DNA of 61,762 nucleotides, filler included, from Sphacelaria rigidula (taxonomy: Eukaryota): assembly GCA_964200075.2 (NCBI GenBank). It is 10 parts of 10 records of this genome, joined end to end, with 100 filler letters (N's around TTAATTAATTAA, not from the genome) between each part and the next. Parts side by side here need not be neighbours in the genome. Positions count along the whole stretch, not along the records: positions 1 to 6,087 come from CAXNAA020022328.1; positions 6,188 to 12,274 come from CAXNAA020022329.1; 8 more parts are not named here. The stretch is one strand, 5' to 3'. The position numbers and the translations under genes are program-made. This document shows, in pieces, positions 1 to 11,168 of the stretch; positions within the stretch are counted from its first letter, which is position 1; every line of letters starts with the position of its first letter. The notes below the pieces were generated by a model. It saw only the letters and a program-made list of their open reading frames with translations. It had not been told where the DNA came from and made no database searches.

Positions 1-634
1 ATAATAGCCCTTAACACATGAAAAAAAAAAACTTTTGGTACCGACGTTTTTTTTTTTAATGCCCTATGCGTTGTTTATACTAAATTTCAGGGTCCAACTC
101 TAAATATATGAAAGAGCATGGGCCTATCAAAAACCGGGTCGGTAGAAATTCGGAACAGTATTTCGCAGGCCACTCACCGGCCCACGTTTGGTTTTCGTGT
201 ACTGAAATTGCGTGTGGGCGCGCTCTAAGGCGTAATTAACAAAAAAAAGGGGGCCAGGTTGATTTTTTTCATTTTTTTCCACTGGTTTAGGGCGTTCTAC
301 TATGGTAAAGACCATTTCTTCACGAGAATGCCCTAACCTCTGTGGAAAAAAAAANNNNNNNNTTCTGGTTCTCCACACCAAAATTCGTCGCCATCCGCTA
401 AATGCATCGATCGGAAGTTTCATAGAGCTTTTAGTATTGGCGCTATCTCCCTTACGTATAGGAATTACTAGACATGGGGTTTAATCAACGAGAGAATATG
501 GGCCCAAACTTTTGAGCAGATGAGCACCTTCCCCTTGATTACACGATACGACATGCGGATCACGGCCCAACTCGTCTGTGTCGATGAGATATTGCTTTTA
601 GAACTTAAATCCGTTTTCAGGCTGGCCCAGCTCG
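1..634. mobile_element. Tc1/mariner-type non-autonomous element, right part, truncated by scaffold start
   Basis: Ends in GGCTGGCCCAGCTCG followed by TA (635-636). Colinear with the right half of the complete copy at 23012-24318. Confidence 0.75.
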
Positions 635-639
635 TACCC

Positions 640-2730
640 ACATTTGTCTCATTCACCACCTCTTTCCATACTCCCTTCTTTTTCTTCTCTGCCATATTTT
701 TTGCTTCCTTTCGAGCTTTAGTATACTCCTCCCATCCTATCGTAGTTTTACTCGATATACCTTCCTTCTTGCCTTTATAGTCTCTTTCACTTCCTAATCC
801 CACCATTTTATTGCTCTGTTGCATACGATCAGTCTAATCCCTTTGATTTCACTCGCTGTGTTTTTGACGAACTGCTCCCATCCTTCTTTCACCTTCGCTC
901 CTGCCCTACTTCTTTCCATTTTGGAATGAACTGTACCAAGGGTAGGTCGAGTGGAGTATACTCAATTGCGGGGTATTTTGGAAGTCGTACTTAAAGTACA
1001 CAAATTGGGGGTGGGGTTTCAGGAATCGCTTCCCAGCTATTTCTTGGGTACGACTTCCAACACTCTACCCTAACTCGCGTACCCCGAGTACGTCTTTTAA
1101 AATATCCCGCAATCGAGTATACTCTACTCGACCTGCCCTTGAACTGTACCTACGCGTTCCGACAGCGCGAAAAAAATCCCTGCATTTTTGGCCATCTCTT
1201 CTTGAAACTTCTGCTGTTTTTCATTGATTTCTAATATCGATTCTCCATCTGTACAACTTCCTATCCCGCTTATTTTTTTCAACTCTCGTTTTCTGGCTTC
1301 CTGCCAATATTGGGCAATGATCTGTGTTCCCACGTCCCCAGCGCGTACATGTACTTCCATTTCTTCACCATTCCATGCTCCACCACTATTTATTCAAGAA
1401 CGGAGCGTTCTCTCCCGTCTTCGCATTTTCTAGTTCATGTCCATTGCGCCTCTGGCTTTTGTGCTCTATCGTTCAGCGTCTTCATCTCGTTATGCTCAAG
1501 GAAGTTCAGCATTTCTACCCGATTCGTGGTCTTCTCATCTTCTCCGTATCGGCCAATGATATCATCCGGTTGACCTGCTTTTCCTACCCTTGCAATAAAT
1601 CTCCCACTAACAATACTTCACCTTGCCATTTATACTTATGTACATCTGCTATCTGTGCAAACTTTCACTGTATATTGTTCACCCTACTCTTCGATTCTGG
1701 AGACATGTACATGTTCCCTACAGGGAAGTCCTTCGTTTCCTGCTCTCCTAGTACCCCTATGCATATGCAGTCGTCGAATTTCGTGTCGTCGATCACTTTG
1801 ATGACCTCACGCAGGTATGTCTTGACTAAGAATCCTACTCCCCCCCTCCCCTGCTCTTGGGGTTCTGTCCCACTTTCCCCCTATCAATGCGTACTCTTCA
1901 ACTTTGCATCCTATTCCCGCCCCCTCTTTCTCCCCTGACTCTTGAATTCCTACTATATCTAGGGCGCGGTTACTTGTCCGACTATCCCTATCATGTTGCG
2001 CTTGTCTGTGGCGAATCCACATACGTTCCACGATCCTATTCTCAACTTCTCTTCCGAATCATCATCCACTCTTGTTTTGTCTACTCTCCTTTCTCCGTCG
2101 TTTTTATTTATGTTTTCCATTGCTTGGGGTTCTTCCCGTTTCCGGTTTGGTCGTTGTCTATTTGCTTCTAGCCGGTATGTCCCCTCCCCTTCCCCTTCCG
2201 GACACTTACCTGTTCCTGCTTCTCTTCCCCTCCGTTTACCCGTGGACTACGTCGTGGGTTTGCTGTTCCACTAGCTATGCATACTCTCCATCCTACCCTT
2301 CTAACCCATACCGACACCTTTCCTGTCGTTATCCTTTCCCACTCCTTGCTCGCGCTCTGATTTAGCGTGACTCGGAGTGTTCTCCCTCCCTCTCCACTTT
2401 TCCTATTGCCGAACAATTTAGTCCAATTGCATTGCATTCTCTTTAAGACTCTGTTCTCGTCATATCGCTACGGACTCCGAATACCAGCGCTGCTAGTACT
2501 TTACCACCCACTCTTTACTTTCTCCATCTGTCCTTCCTTACCGTCTCTCCCGATCTCTTTCGAGAGTATCTCCAGCTTGTTCGTTTAAAGTGTTGTAGTG
2601 GGATACAGTCAAGGTACTGGGATATCCCAATCCTAGCACTTGTTGGGGGTCTGGTGTCTTTCAGTTTTTTTCCTGGCTCAGCGACACTTGATAATGCCTC
2701 CCATGTGGGTTCGTAGCCTTCAGCCAAGTT
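640..2730 (-). mobile_element. Decayed LINE (APE endonuclease plus linker toward RT; possible ORF1 remnant upstream)
   Basis: Manual minus-strand translation across frameshifts gives LRIGSWNVCGF, LDIVGIQES, GEGGVGFLV, LLVGD..ARVG, SVLE.IV and TDHCPI (about 2046-1300). These are followed by WEEYTKARKEAK..KKKGVWKEVV (about 730-650), typical of the LINE ORF2 region between endonuclease and RT. Confidence 0.8.
937..1141. mobile_element. hAT-type MITE inserted in the LINE
   Basis: About 55-bp TIRs CAAGGGTAGGTCGAGT.../...ACTCGACCTGCCCTTG. Perfect 8-bp TSD AACTGTAC at 929-936 and 1142-1149. Confidence 0.9.
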
Positions 2731-3756
2731 CAGCCCCTTCGACGCAATTACCCCACGTCTGTGGGGGAGGAGGGGGTGTACTCATGATCTGGGGGAGGAG
2801 GGGGGGCAGCGGAATCGCCTACAAATTGGAAAAGTGTTCAAAAGGCTGAGGCACTGCCTGTGGCTTACATGTCGCCGACCGGCATCTTGCCCGTAGCAAC
2901 TGAATTGCCTAGATAGCTCGGCCTTGTGGACACGGGAATGCGAGAAGGATGGTTTTGAAACCGCAGGTATAGCGTTGGGTCTGAGGCCGTTTCACCTCTT
3001 GGGCCGCCCATCTGCACACGGTTGCATGTTTTGAGCCCGTTACGATAGCAGGCCACCGAAAGTTGACGCCTGACTCGTGTAGAATTGCGAGTTAATCTCC
3101 GATTATCATCGTCCTGTCGATCGTTCTTTCACGTCTAAAAAGTTTTTGCCTGTGTACTGTTGTAGCCCTTTTTGCTGTCGCGCAACACAGCAGCGTGTGA
3201 TGGAGGGTTTCGTGTGCGGTGGTCTTCATTTTTATTTTCCTTGAAGGAAGGAGGAAACTTCACCCAACACTTACTCCGCAAAACGGATTCGTGTGTCGAT
3301 TACTCGGAGGCTCAGCTAGATCACCGTGTCGTGGTCATATGGGGTAGACGCCTCGAGCGTTCCAAAAGCTTGGCTCAAGGTGGTGTGAGAGTTGAACTCA
3401 CGAAAACTCCCTGTCAACTTGACGCAGTGCACGCGCAGCCCTACTCTTATGGGCTTCGGCCCTTCATGTAAAGACGTTGACTTAAAGACGGCAGGAGCAC
3501 ACGCCATAGTGACGCACAAGACAGCACAACACACGAGACTGAAAGCTCCGCTGCCCTCGAGAATCAAACAGATCCAGCGCGAACCGTAACAGCTGTTGAT
3601 CAGCGGAATATGCTGCGCTTGGCTGTGGTTGACGAGAAACGCCGACACGTGACAGTCAACAACGGCACGTTTTCGGCTGCAAATGACACGCGCGCCTGAC
3701 CGCCCTTCCCCCATTACTGAACACATTTTCATGAAAGGTTGATGTGAGTAGATGAG

Positions 3757-4258
3757 CAGGGGCTGCGTGTTGGAGCTAAGTCTCGTGAGTAGGGCGTGTC
3801 TACGCGTATTTTTTCACTTTCCATCTGTTTTTCGGCGAAACTTTTGCCGTTCGTACCGGCTCTCGTGTATGCGTCATTTATTGACGAAAAAATTGTACAG
3901 TTGGCGACATTAGAGGTGGTGGAGCTGTCCCTTGAGGCCGGGAAGGATGTCGTTCGCGAAAGTGTTCCCGTCGCCACCAAGGACACGCAATACAACCCGC
4001 TGGCAAGTGCACCGATACACTTTCACCGACGACATCCTCTCCGGCCTCGAGTGACAGCCCCACCACCTCAGTTGTAGCAAAAGTATGATTTTCTCGTCGA
4101 AGATGCGTAGATGAGAGCTGGTACGAACAGCAAAAACAAAGCGAAAAACAGATGCACTGGGTAAGTAGCTGTATAGTCTACTGTAAGCAGTAATTGCGCG
4201 CTTGCTAACAGTAGCGTCCGGCCGCGAGTGCTGAAGCTCAGCACAGCGGCGACCCCAG
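3757..4258. mobile_element. Fold-back (long inverted repeat) MITE-like element
   Basis: Arms of about 200 bp are reverse complements, e.g. GAGGTGGTGGAGCTGTCCCTTGAGGCCGGGAAGGATGTCG vs CGACATCCTCTCCGGCCTCGAGTGACAGCCCCACCACCTC. Termini CAGGGG/CCCCAG. Confidence 0.7.
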
Positions 4259-6087
4259 TACACGCACCCATGGCCTTTTGTTTAATCAAAGGGACGTTTA
4301 ATGTCTTACGCACCATCTCTTCCCTACCGTTCCCCACAACACCTTCGACACCTTCAGGCCAACTTCGGTGAACCACGTTCAGGTTTGCCGCTCTAACGAA
4401 ACCGCCAAACGAGCGGAGACAATCGTGTACTCGAACATGCGGAACTACCACGGGAAGGACAACGTTCGCGGCGCCGGGCACACGAAGACTACGAAATAAA
4501 CCGAACAGCAACAACGTTTAGCGACCCCACTGTAAAAAAGACACGCAGTAACGACGCGTGTGTAAGTAAATATACTAATTCAGAGATAGGGCACGATTCA
4601 TTTTCCCAGAATGTCGCGTGTCTCTGAAGGAGGAGTAGGTACAATTACGGCGACGGGTGAGCATTACCGGACCCTAGTAGGCATTACCTGACCACAGGCC
4701 TGCCTTCTCTTCTGTTTTTGTCCCGGAGACGGGTGCTACATGTCAGCCCTGACATTTTGTTTGTTTTCCTTGCAGTTCAACTCTGCTCTCCATTCCTTTC
4801 CCATTATTATTTTATTATATCCATCACATATTTCCCCTTTATCGAGTTTTAGTTTGACGAATTTTTGCGATAGTAAAACCTTGGGTGCCTGTGTTGGGAC
4901 CACGACTGGATTTGTTAGCGGGGCAGTTTGAAGAGAATAAAAGCAATATCAGGGTGTGCCGTCGAGCCACTGCTAGGGGCGCTCACTATGTTGAGAAGGC
5001 GTGTTCTTTCCGACGAATTTGATCATTCAGAGTTGAGGGCTATCATGAGCACATGCGTATTGAGTGTAGATAGGAAACCGTCCTGTAGAGGGTCTCCCGC
5101 TAATCCCGTAGGCCTTGCTGGGTGGCATGGGTCTTGTGGGGGAAAGAGCTGCATGTCTGCGTCTGATGGACGCGATGCCCTGAAGCTCATTGTGGTATAT
5201 ATATAATATATATATATGTATATATACATATATATTTGTGATTTGATTCATTGTCGCACGCACATATGTGTTGGACGAACATGCCTCTCTCGAGGCACCT
5301 CGTACGGCGTCATGTGATGGACGATGACTTTTGGGGGTGACGACCGAGATATTACATGGAAAGACATGCGAAGTGATCTTGAAAGGCGTCAACGTTTGAG
5401 AGTGATGATTCCTCTCCTCGCTGTACACTGGGTTGGAAAGCAATTCCAGTGTGTTTCGGCAATCAACGGTGACGGTGATTGTGTGTACAGTGCTACCGCT
5501 GATCGCGTCGAGACGCTGAACTTACAAAGCTCGAGCTGCCACTAACAACGGATCAAGCGTGGTGAGCGACGTGGATGCACAGTTAGGCAACCGCTCCATT
5601 GTTCGTGCACATGTGCGAAGGCATGTACTACATGCTCTTCAGTCGGCCGTCTCCGCATAAGCGTTCGTTTCACTGACAAGCGAATTGCGTTGCCGTCGCA
5701 TGTCCCTTGCAAGAGGCGCTGTTGTTTGCCCCGGCGTTGAAACAGCGGCGTTGAACAGGTCAGCCCCAGGCTCTCAACTGTCGGCATATTCTGTGTACGC
5801 AGGTACCCATAACAAGTCGCAGCACCCATCTTACTCCAAACAACGAAGCACGCGGCAAGTGGACACATGAACTGGCGATGGCGGCGCGTGGAACTTGCAC
5901 AAAAAATGCGTCTTACGATCGCGGATGAAGAATGTGCGGCACCGACTAATAAGGGTCGTTATTAACTGGGCTGTTTTTTTCAGACTTTTCTGACTTTTTC
6001 GGGGGGGGGGGGGGGGGAGCCTGGGGAAAAGGGGGGGAGGAGAGGTTGGAAAGGGGGGGGGGAAAAAAAAAAAAAAAGAAAAAAAAA

Positions 6088-6187
6088 NNNNNNNNNNNNN
6101 NNNNNNNNNNNNNNNNNNNNNNNNNNNNNNNTTAATTAATTAANNNNNNNNNNNNNNNNNNNNNNNNNNNNNNNNNNNNNNNNNNNN
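6088..6187. other. Artificial scaffold linker (44N-TTAATTAATTAA-44N); identical linkers at 12275-12374, 18462-18561, 24649-24748, 30836-30935, 37022-37121, 43208-43307, 49393-49492, 55578-55677
   Basis: Nine identical 100-bp spacers carrying an all-frame stop cassette. The segments between them are 6087-6085 bp in non-increasing order. Confidence 0.98.
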
Positions 6188-6556
6188 CTTTGTTTCATGA
6201 GTGCAGTAGGTCTTGGCATTTATGCCATGCAGTGTCCACCCCTTCCCTTCATTAGGTGCTTTTTGCACGCAATGTCGGGAATTTCTGGAAATGGCTGACC
6301 AGACTTTCACCGCCCAATGGAAACCGGTGAGGTTTCATGGGGATCTCACCACGAGGCCCCACCCTCCATGTGAATTTGACATGGAGGGGGTGATGACCCT
6401 ACCCTATCCGTACTGGTTATATCTTCTGCATTTTGGATTTGCATGTAAGGTGGTCATCCTTCATGCTGTTGTTTACATGTCTAGGTTTTGGATATATTCT
6501 TGTCTTGCGTTTCTCATAGTATGATGGGGGAGAATCTCGGTTCTTTTCCGCGATTC

Positions 6557-7312
6557 CATGTCTATGCCCGGGCTGTGTTATAGTAGGTTAAATAAAAAAG
6601 AGGGTTAGCTTCTCTTTTTCATGTCTATGTCCGGGCTGTGTTATAGTGGGTTAAATCAAAAGGAGGGTTAGCTTCTCTATTTCATGTCTATGTCCGGGCT
6701 GTGTTATAGTAGGTGAAATAGAACGAAGGATTGGCTTCTCCATTCCATGACTATGTCCGGGCTGTGTTATAGTGGGTTAAATCAAAAGGAGGGTTAGCTT
6801 CTCTATTTCATGTCTATGTCCGGGCTGTGTTATGGTAGGGTAAATAAAAAGGGGGGTTGGCTTTTCTATTCCATGTCTATGTCCGGGCTGTGTTATGGTA
6901 GGGTAAATAGAAAGGAGGGTTAGCCTCTCTATTTCGTGTCCATGTCCGGGCTGCGTTATAGTGGGTGAAATAAAAAGGAGGGTTAGCCTCTCTATTTCAT
7001 GTCCATGTCCGGGCTGTGTTATGGTACGTCAAATAAAAAGGAGGGTTAGCTTCTCCATTCCATGTCTGTGTCCGGGCTGTGTTATGGTAGGTGAAATAAA
7101 AAAGGAGGGTTAGCTTCTCTGTTCCATGTCTATGTCCGGGCTGTGATATGGTAGGTTAAATAAAAAGGGGGGTTAGCTTCTCTATTTCCTGTCTATGTCC
7201 GGGCTGTCTTATGGTAGGTTAAATAAAAAGGGGGTTCAGCTTCTCTATTTCCTGTCTATGTCCGGGCAGTGTTATAGTAGATTGAATAAGAAGGAGGTTA
7301 CCCTTTCTATTT
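6557..7312. repeat. 63-bp minisatellite, 12 units
   Basis: Unit CATGTCTATGTCCGGGCTGTGTTATAGTAGGTTAAATAAAAAGGAGGGTTAGCTTCTCTATTT starts at 6557, 6620, 6683, 6746, 6809, 6872, 6935, 6998, 7061, 7125, 7188 and 7251. Confidence 0.97.
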
Positions 7313-7402
7313 CGTGACAGTCTGTAAATTTGTCTAGGTTCCGGTGGCTTGTTTTACAGCGCCGTTGCCACTCGACGCCAACCCAAGAGTGTAGAGGTGT
7401 GT

Positions 7403-7500
7403 GGAGGGGGCGTCTCATGTGTTGCTTGCCTTAGTCGTCTGACCATTGACCACGCATCCCTTTCGAGACGGAGCACCGTTCCTACTCCTAATAGAGACAC
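7403..7500 (-). mobile_element. Interspersed repeat family B (sister of family A)
   Basis: GGGG..CTCATGTGTTGCTTGCCTTAGTCGTCTGACCATTGACCACGCATCCCTTTCGAGACGGAGCAC. Other copies at 7818-7897, 24482-24557, 29421-29527, 29528-29555 plus 30812-30835, 34380-34434 and 60601-60720. Confidence 0.85.
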
Positions 7501-7504
7501 CTCC

Positions 7505-7731
7505 TAGTGGGTTCAATAAAAAGGAGGGTTAGCTTCTCTATTTCATGTCTATGTCCGGGCTGTGTTATGGTAGGGTAAATCAAAAGGGGGGTTAGCTTCT
7601 CCATTTCCTGGCTATGTCCGAGCTGTGTTATGGTAGGTTAAATAAAAAGGGGGGTTAGCTTCTCTATTTCCTGTCTTTGCCCGGGCAGTGTTAGAGTAGA
7701 TTGAATAAGAAGGAGGTTGCCTTTTCTATTT
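7505..7731. repeat. Second block of the 63-bp minisatellite (about 3.6 units)
   Basis: Same unit, followed by the same downstream unique sequence (CGTGACAGTCTGT...CCCAAGAGTGTAGAGGTG) as the first block. Confidence 0.93.
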
Positions 7732-7970
7732 CGTGACAGTCTGTACATTTGTCTAGGTTCCGGTGGCTTGTTATACAGCGCCGTTGTCACTCGACGCCAA
7801 CCCAAGAGTGTAGAGGTGGGGGGGGAGGGGGGCGTTCTCATGTGTTGACCGCGTATGCCTTGCTACACGGAGCACCGTTCCTACTCCTGACGGACACAGC
7901 TTCGACACACGTGGGCACTATTCACATTTTTCCATGCCTTGAACAAGATTTGTTCTTGCATGTCTTCGAA

Positions 7971-8311
7971 GGGGGGAGGAGAGGGAGAGGGTGTGTGTGC
8001 TCATGATCTTGCATGCCATGGTCATAAGACCATTGACCTCGCATTTCTACACAGCCAGGCCGGGGCACACCGGGTTCTCGCCGGACCAGGCTCGCAATCA
8101 ACCACGAAGCGCGAAGCGCCGTGGTGTGCTCGACGAGTCGCATGAAGGGTGAGCTGCATCCTGCCGAGATTGTTCGGCCCGAAGCGTACTGATTATCTTG
8201 CACTCGGATGACAGCCTGCCCACAATGGGTTGCTTCATTTACTGGTATCGCCACTCCCAGAGACAGCCACACCTCACACACGGCCTCATGAGTGTCTCAT
8301 CATAGGGGGGC
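7971..8311 (-). mobile_element. Interspersed repeat family A, long copy (about 320 bp) flanked by G tracts
   Basis: GGGTGT..CTCATGATCTTGCATGCC.TAGTCATAAGACCATTGACCTCGCAT. Other copies at 2763-2790, 18402-18461, 19288-19429, 24569-24648, 34577-34688, 41100-41405, 42975-43130 and 61553-61762. Strand is given as the poly-C-ending strand. Confidence 0.85.
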
Positions 8312-9779
8312 GCGGTGTTTTCCGTGTTCAGGCGCCCTTGTTCCGAACCTTAAGCATCTCGATCAGTACGCCCGCCTCGCGCTACCGAACGTTGTGTTAA
8401 CGGAAACATAGTATCTGTAAAGACGTTTCGGATAGGAAACTCTTCAGAGTGTGTGGAAATTACATCCCGACAATGATATCGGGGTGGAGAAATGCACAGA
8501 CTTCGGGGGAAGGGAGGCATGCTCCATCACAAACCGTTATGACGGCGTGCAGCTTGAAGAGACTCCCACCTGGTACACACAATACGTGAAACAACCTCAA
8601 CCCGTGTGTGACGGCGTAGCTGTTTGATGTAGCTTTTTCAAGAAGGTGCGCGTTTCGAAGAAATGGACCAAGCGCGGGTTTGCAAAGCTCCCCACGAGAG
8701 GAAGGAAGGGGAAGTTCGGCGGGGGAGAGCCGTCAACGGCTGATCCAGTCTCGCTCTATTCCATCATATTTCTTGACATTTACCCCGTCACTCCTTGCAG
8801 TTCACATCAGGTGAAAACTTCATCGCAAAGTGCGCTGTACCGTGCTTCGCCGTACGAACCTCGAACGATACGTCGTCACCCGTGTCCCGGCAGGTTTGCA
8901 TGTAAGATGCACGGCGAACGGTTCCGCGAAATTGTGTGGCTATACACGATGAAGGCAGCTTTTGCTCTTACTTGCTTGGATAGTAGACCGGAGCGTCGAT
9001 ATTCTACACAGGCAAATGTTTTCACGTGAAGTCTACCGCGCCCGCCCGAAACTCTTAACCGCGACCACAAGCCGCAGGCAGAAGGGACTACCCAACGGCA
9101 CACGTGATATGATCATGACGTCACCGAACGGCCAGAAGGAGGGTACTCCGAAGATAGCTTGCAGTACTTGCTGTACTGCGCAAGCCAGCCGCTTATTTCG
9201 CGCGGTATGCTCATAATTTGATTGATTCGAGGTACACTGCGGACCACATCGCCGGGCGGATAGGCATGGTTATACCGCAAAGAAGTGTTCCGATCGCGTG
9301 ATCGATCCGTGGTGGGGACTGGTTATCCTCCATTGTGTCGGAGGAGTACTGGTTGGTGGACCGGCGCCGTGTCCATGTCGTCGCCGGTTTACATCCCAGA
9401 GCTCGCACAGTAGTAGGGGATGTGTACTATACAGTCAGAACCCTGTACGCCGTGCGATGCTACACTGGGAGTGATGCTTCGGTAGGGGTGCACAAATATT
9501 TTCTGAGATTAGAATTGTCAGGAGCCCCTTATCTCATCCTAAACACGACTCATGACAATATGCGAGAGTACGCCAGGATTCCAATTCAAATTTGCTGGGG
9601 ATATCCCGAATAAATCTGAAAACGAGGATGCCCTGACCCATATTCTTGTGCGTCTAGAATCGTGAGGAGCCCCTGAACCAGGCAAATTTTCGCGAAAAAA
9701 AGTGCACCCCTACCGTAACATTTCTTACTGGGCAAAGGTGTTCCAAAGCCGAAATGGCTGAGGATTCTGCCCTTCATGA

Positions 9780-10385
9780 TGAGCTGGGGAATCAGTAAAT
9801 CGCGCATTCGCTTTCCACACCACAACTTCTCAAGGCTGCCAAATCAGCTCGACTTGAGCATATCGCTGTAAAGTGCAGATCAACCTGGAGAAATACGACA
9901 CCGCCGCTGAATGGAAAAAATTATAAAAAAAAATGTACTGCATCATATATGACCATAACGACGGACGGACAAAAAAGAGAGAACCTGGTGGGATTCAAAC
10001 TCATGACCTCCATAGTTGAAGTCTCCTGTATCACTTGAATAAACGGGCGCGGCGGTGTCACACGAAAAGTGCGACGCAAAGCCCAATTAATTCGAGTGGC
10101 CGAAACTTTACCAGGATGTCGTTGACGCGAGTGCCAGTATGTGTTGGAGCGCCGTCGTCGTTTCTATCATTCTGTAGAGGTAGTTATAGCATTTTTCTTG
10201 TTTTTGCTGAAGCTTCAACTCGCTCTACCTTCCTATCTTTGTTCATTTTTTCCCTCTGCACCATTAATAGGGTTGCGCGGGCTGATGATGAAAATGTCGC
10301 GTGAAAAATTCAGCGCCGAACTCTTCGAATTACCAATAGCATCTCTACTCTTCGTTCAAAGATCACTGTCAGCTGGCCCGGCTCG
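9780..10385. mobile_element. Tc1/mariner-type MITE, deletion derivative of the element ending at 27014
   Basis: Left end TGAGCTGGGG.. and right end GCTGGCCCGGCTCG+TA. Positions 9780-9950 match the reverse complement of about 26845-27014. Confidence 0.75.
9946..10035 (-). mobile_element. tRNA-derived SINE fragment nested in the MITE
   Basis: Reverse complement matches about 24820-24904, including the B-box-like GAGTTYGAATCCC. Confidence 0.6.
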
Positions 10386-10834
10386 TACTACGTATTCGAT
10401 CGGTGATTGCTTCGAGAGAGCAAGTGGGCGCCAGGCATGTTGCTTTTCGAAATTATAAAGGGTCTCGGTCGTCGCTGATGAAACAAAACAGGGAATGATT
10501 GGAGTTGGGCGCGATGCTTTTCGCGCAGCAGCAGCGGTCTGGGAAAAAAAAACAGGAGTAGCAGCAGTCGGGAGTCACCTTCATTACCTGTTGCGCTTCG
10601 CTCTCTCCTAGCCTTCAAATCTGCGATCCAGAGCGCGGAAATTGCACCTGTTCCATCGTGTCCAACTACGTACCCTGGAAGTTTCCAAGTTTGCGCTCAT
10701 GACAAGCTTGACACGCTCGTTATAATAGCTGTGATGGTCAGCAGATAGAGGAACACCGCTCGGTTCTGTTTACACGAGTGTATCATGTTTGTTTGAACTC
10801 TAATGGTTCGGAAAAGCCCGGAACGGCCGGCGCG

Positions 10835-11168
10835 ACCTATTTGCAGGTGGGGTATGCAAATAAGAGTGAGAAAGGTCGCAAACGCCTCCAGAACCAAATC
10901 CACAATAACCGCAATTTCAAATCGAAGTGCTGCACACACGAAACAACGGTCAGTTGCACTCCACAGCAGCCCACAGCAAGGCAGGCAAAATAGGATCTTG
11001 TGGTAGAACAGGAGTCCACATACGTCGACGGCGATGAGCTCTCTACTCGATATTGACAAGCCAACAGTGGTATTGAGTTCTTCGTCAACCAAGCACTGCG
11101 CGTGGATTTGGTTCTGGAGGCCTTTGCGACCTACATACTCTTATTTGCGTATCAAACTGCAAATAGGT
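10835..11168. mobile_element. MITE with about 70-bp TIRs
   Basis: ACCTATTTGCAG..TATGCAAATAAGAGT..GGTCGCAAACGCCTCCAGAACCAAATCCAC is mirrored at 11103-11168. Confidence 0.75.

Noticed and set aside
6132..6143. Periodic TTAATTAATTAA motif every 6.19 kb as a biological signal
   Set aside because: It is always centred in N runs and is an assembly linker with stops in all frames.
6557..7731. CRISPR-like or coding repeat array
   Set aside because: Units are contiguous with no unique spacers, no cas genes are present, and the 63-bp consensus has stops in all frames.
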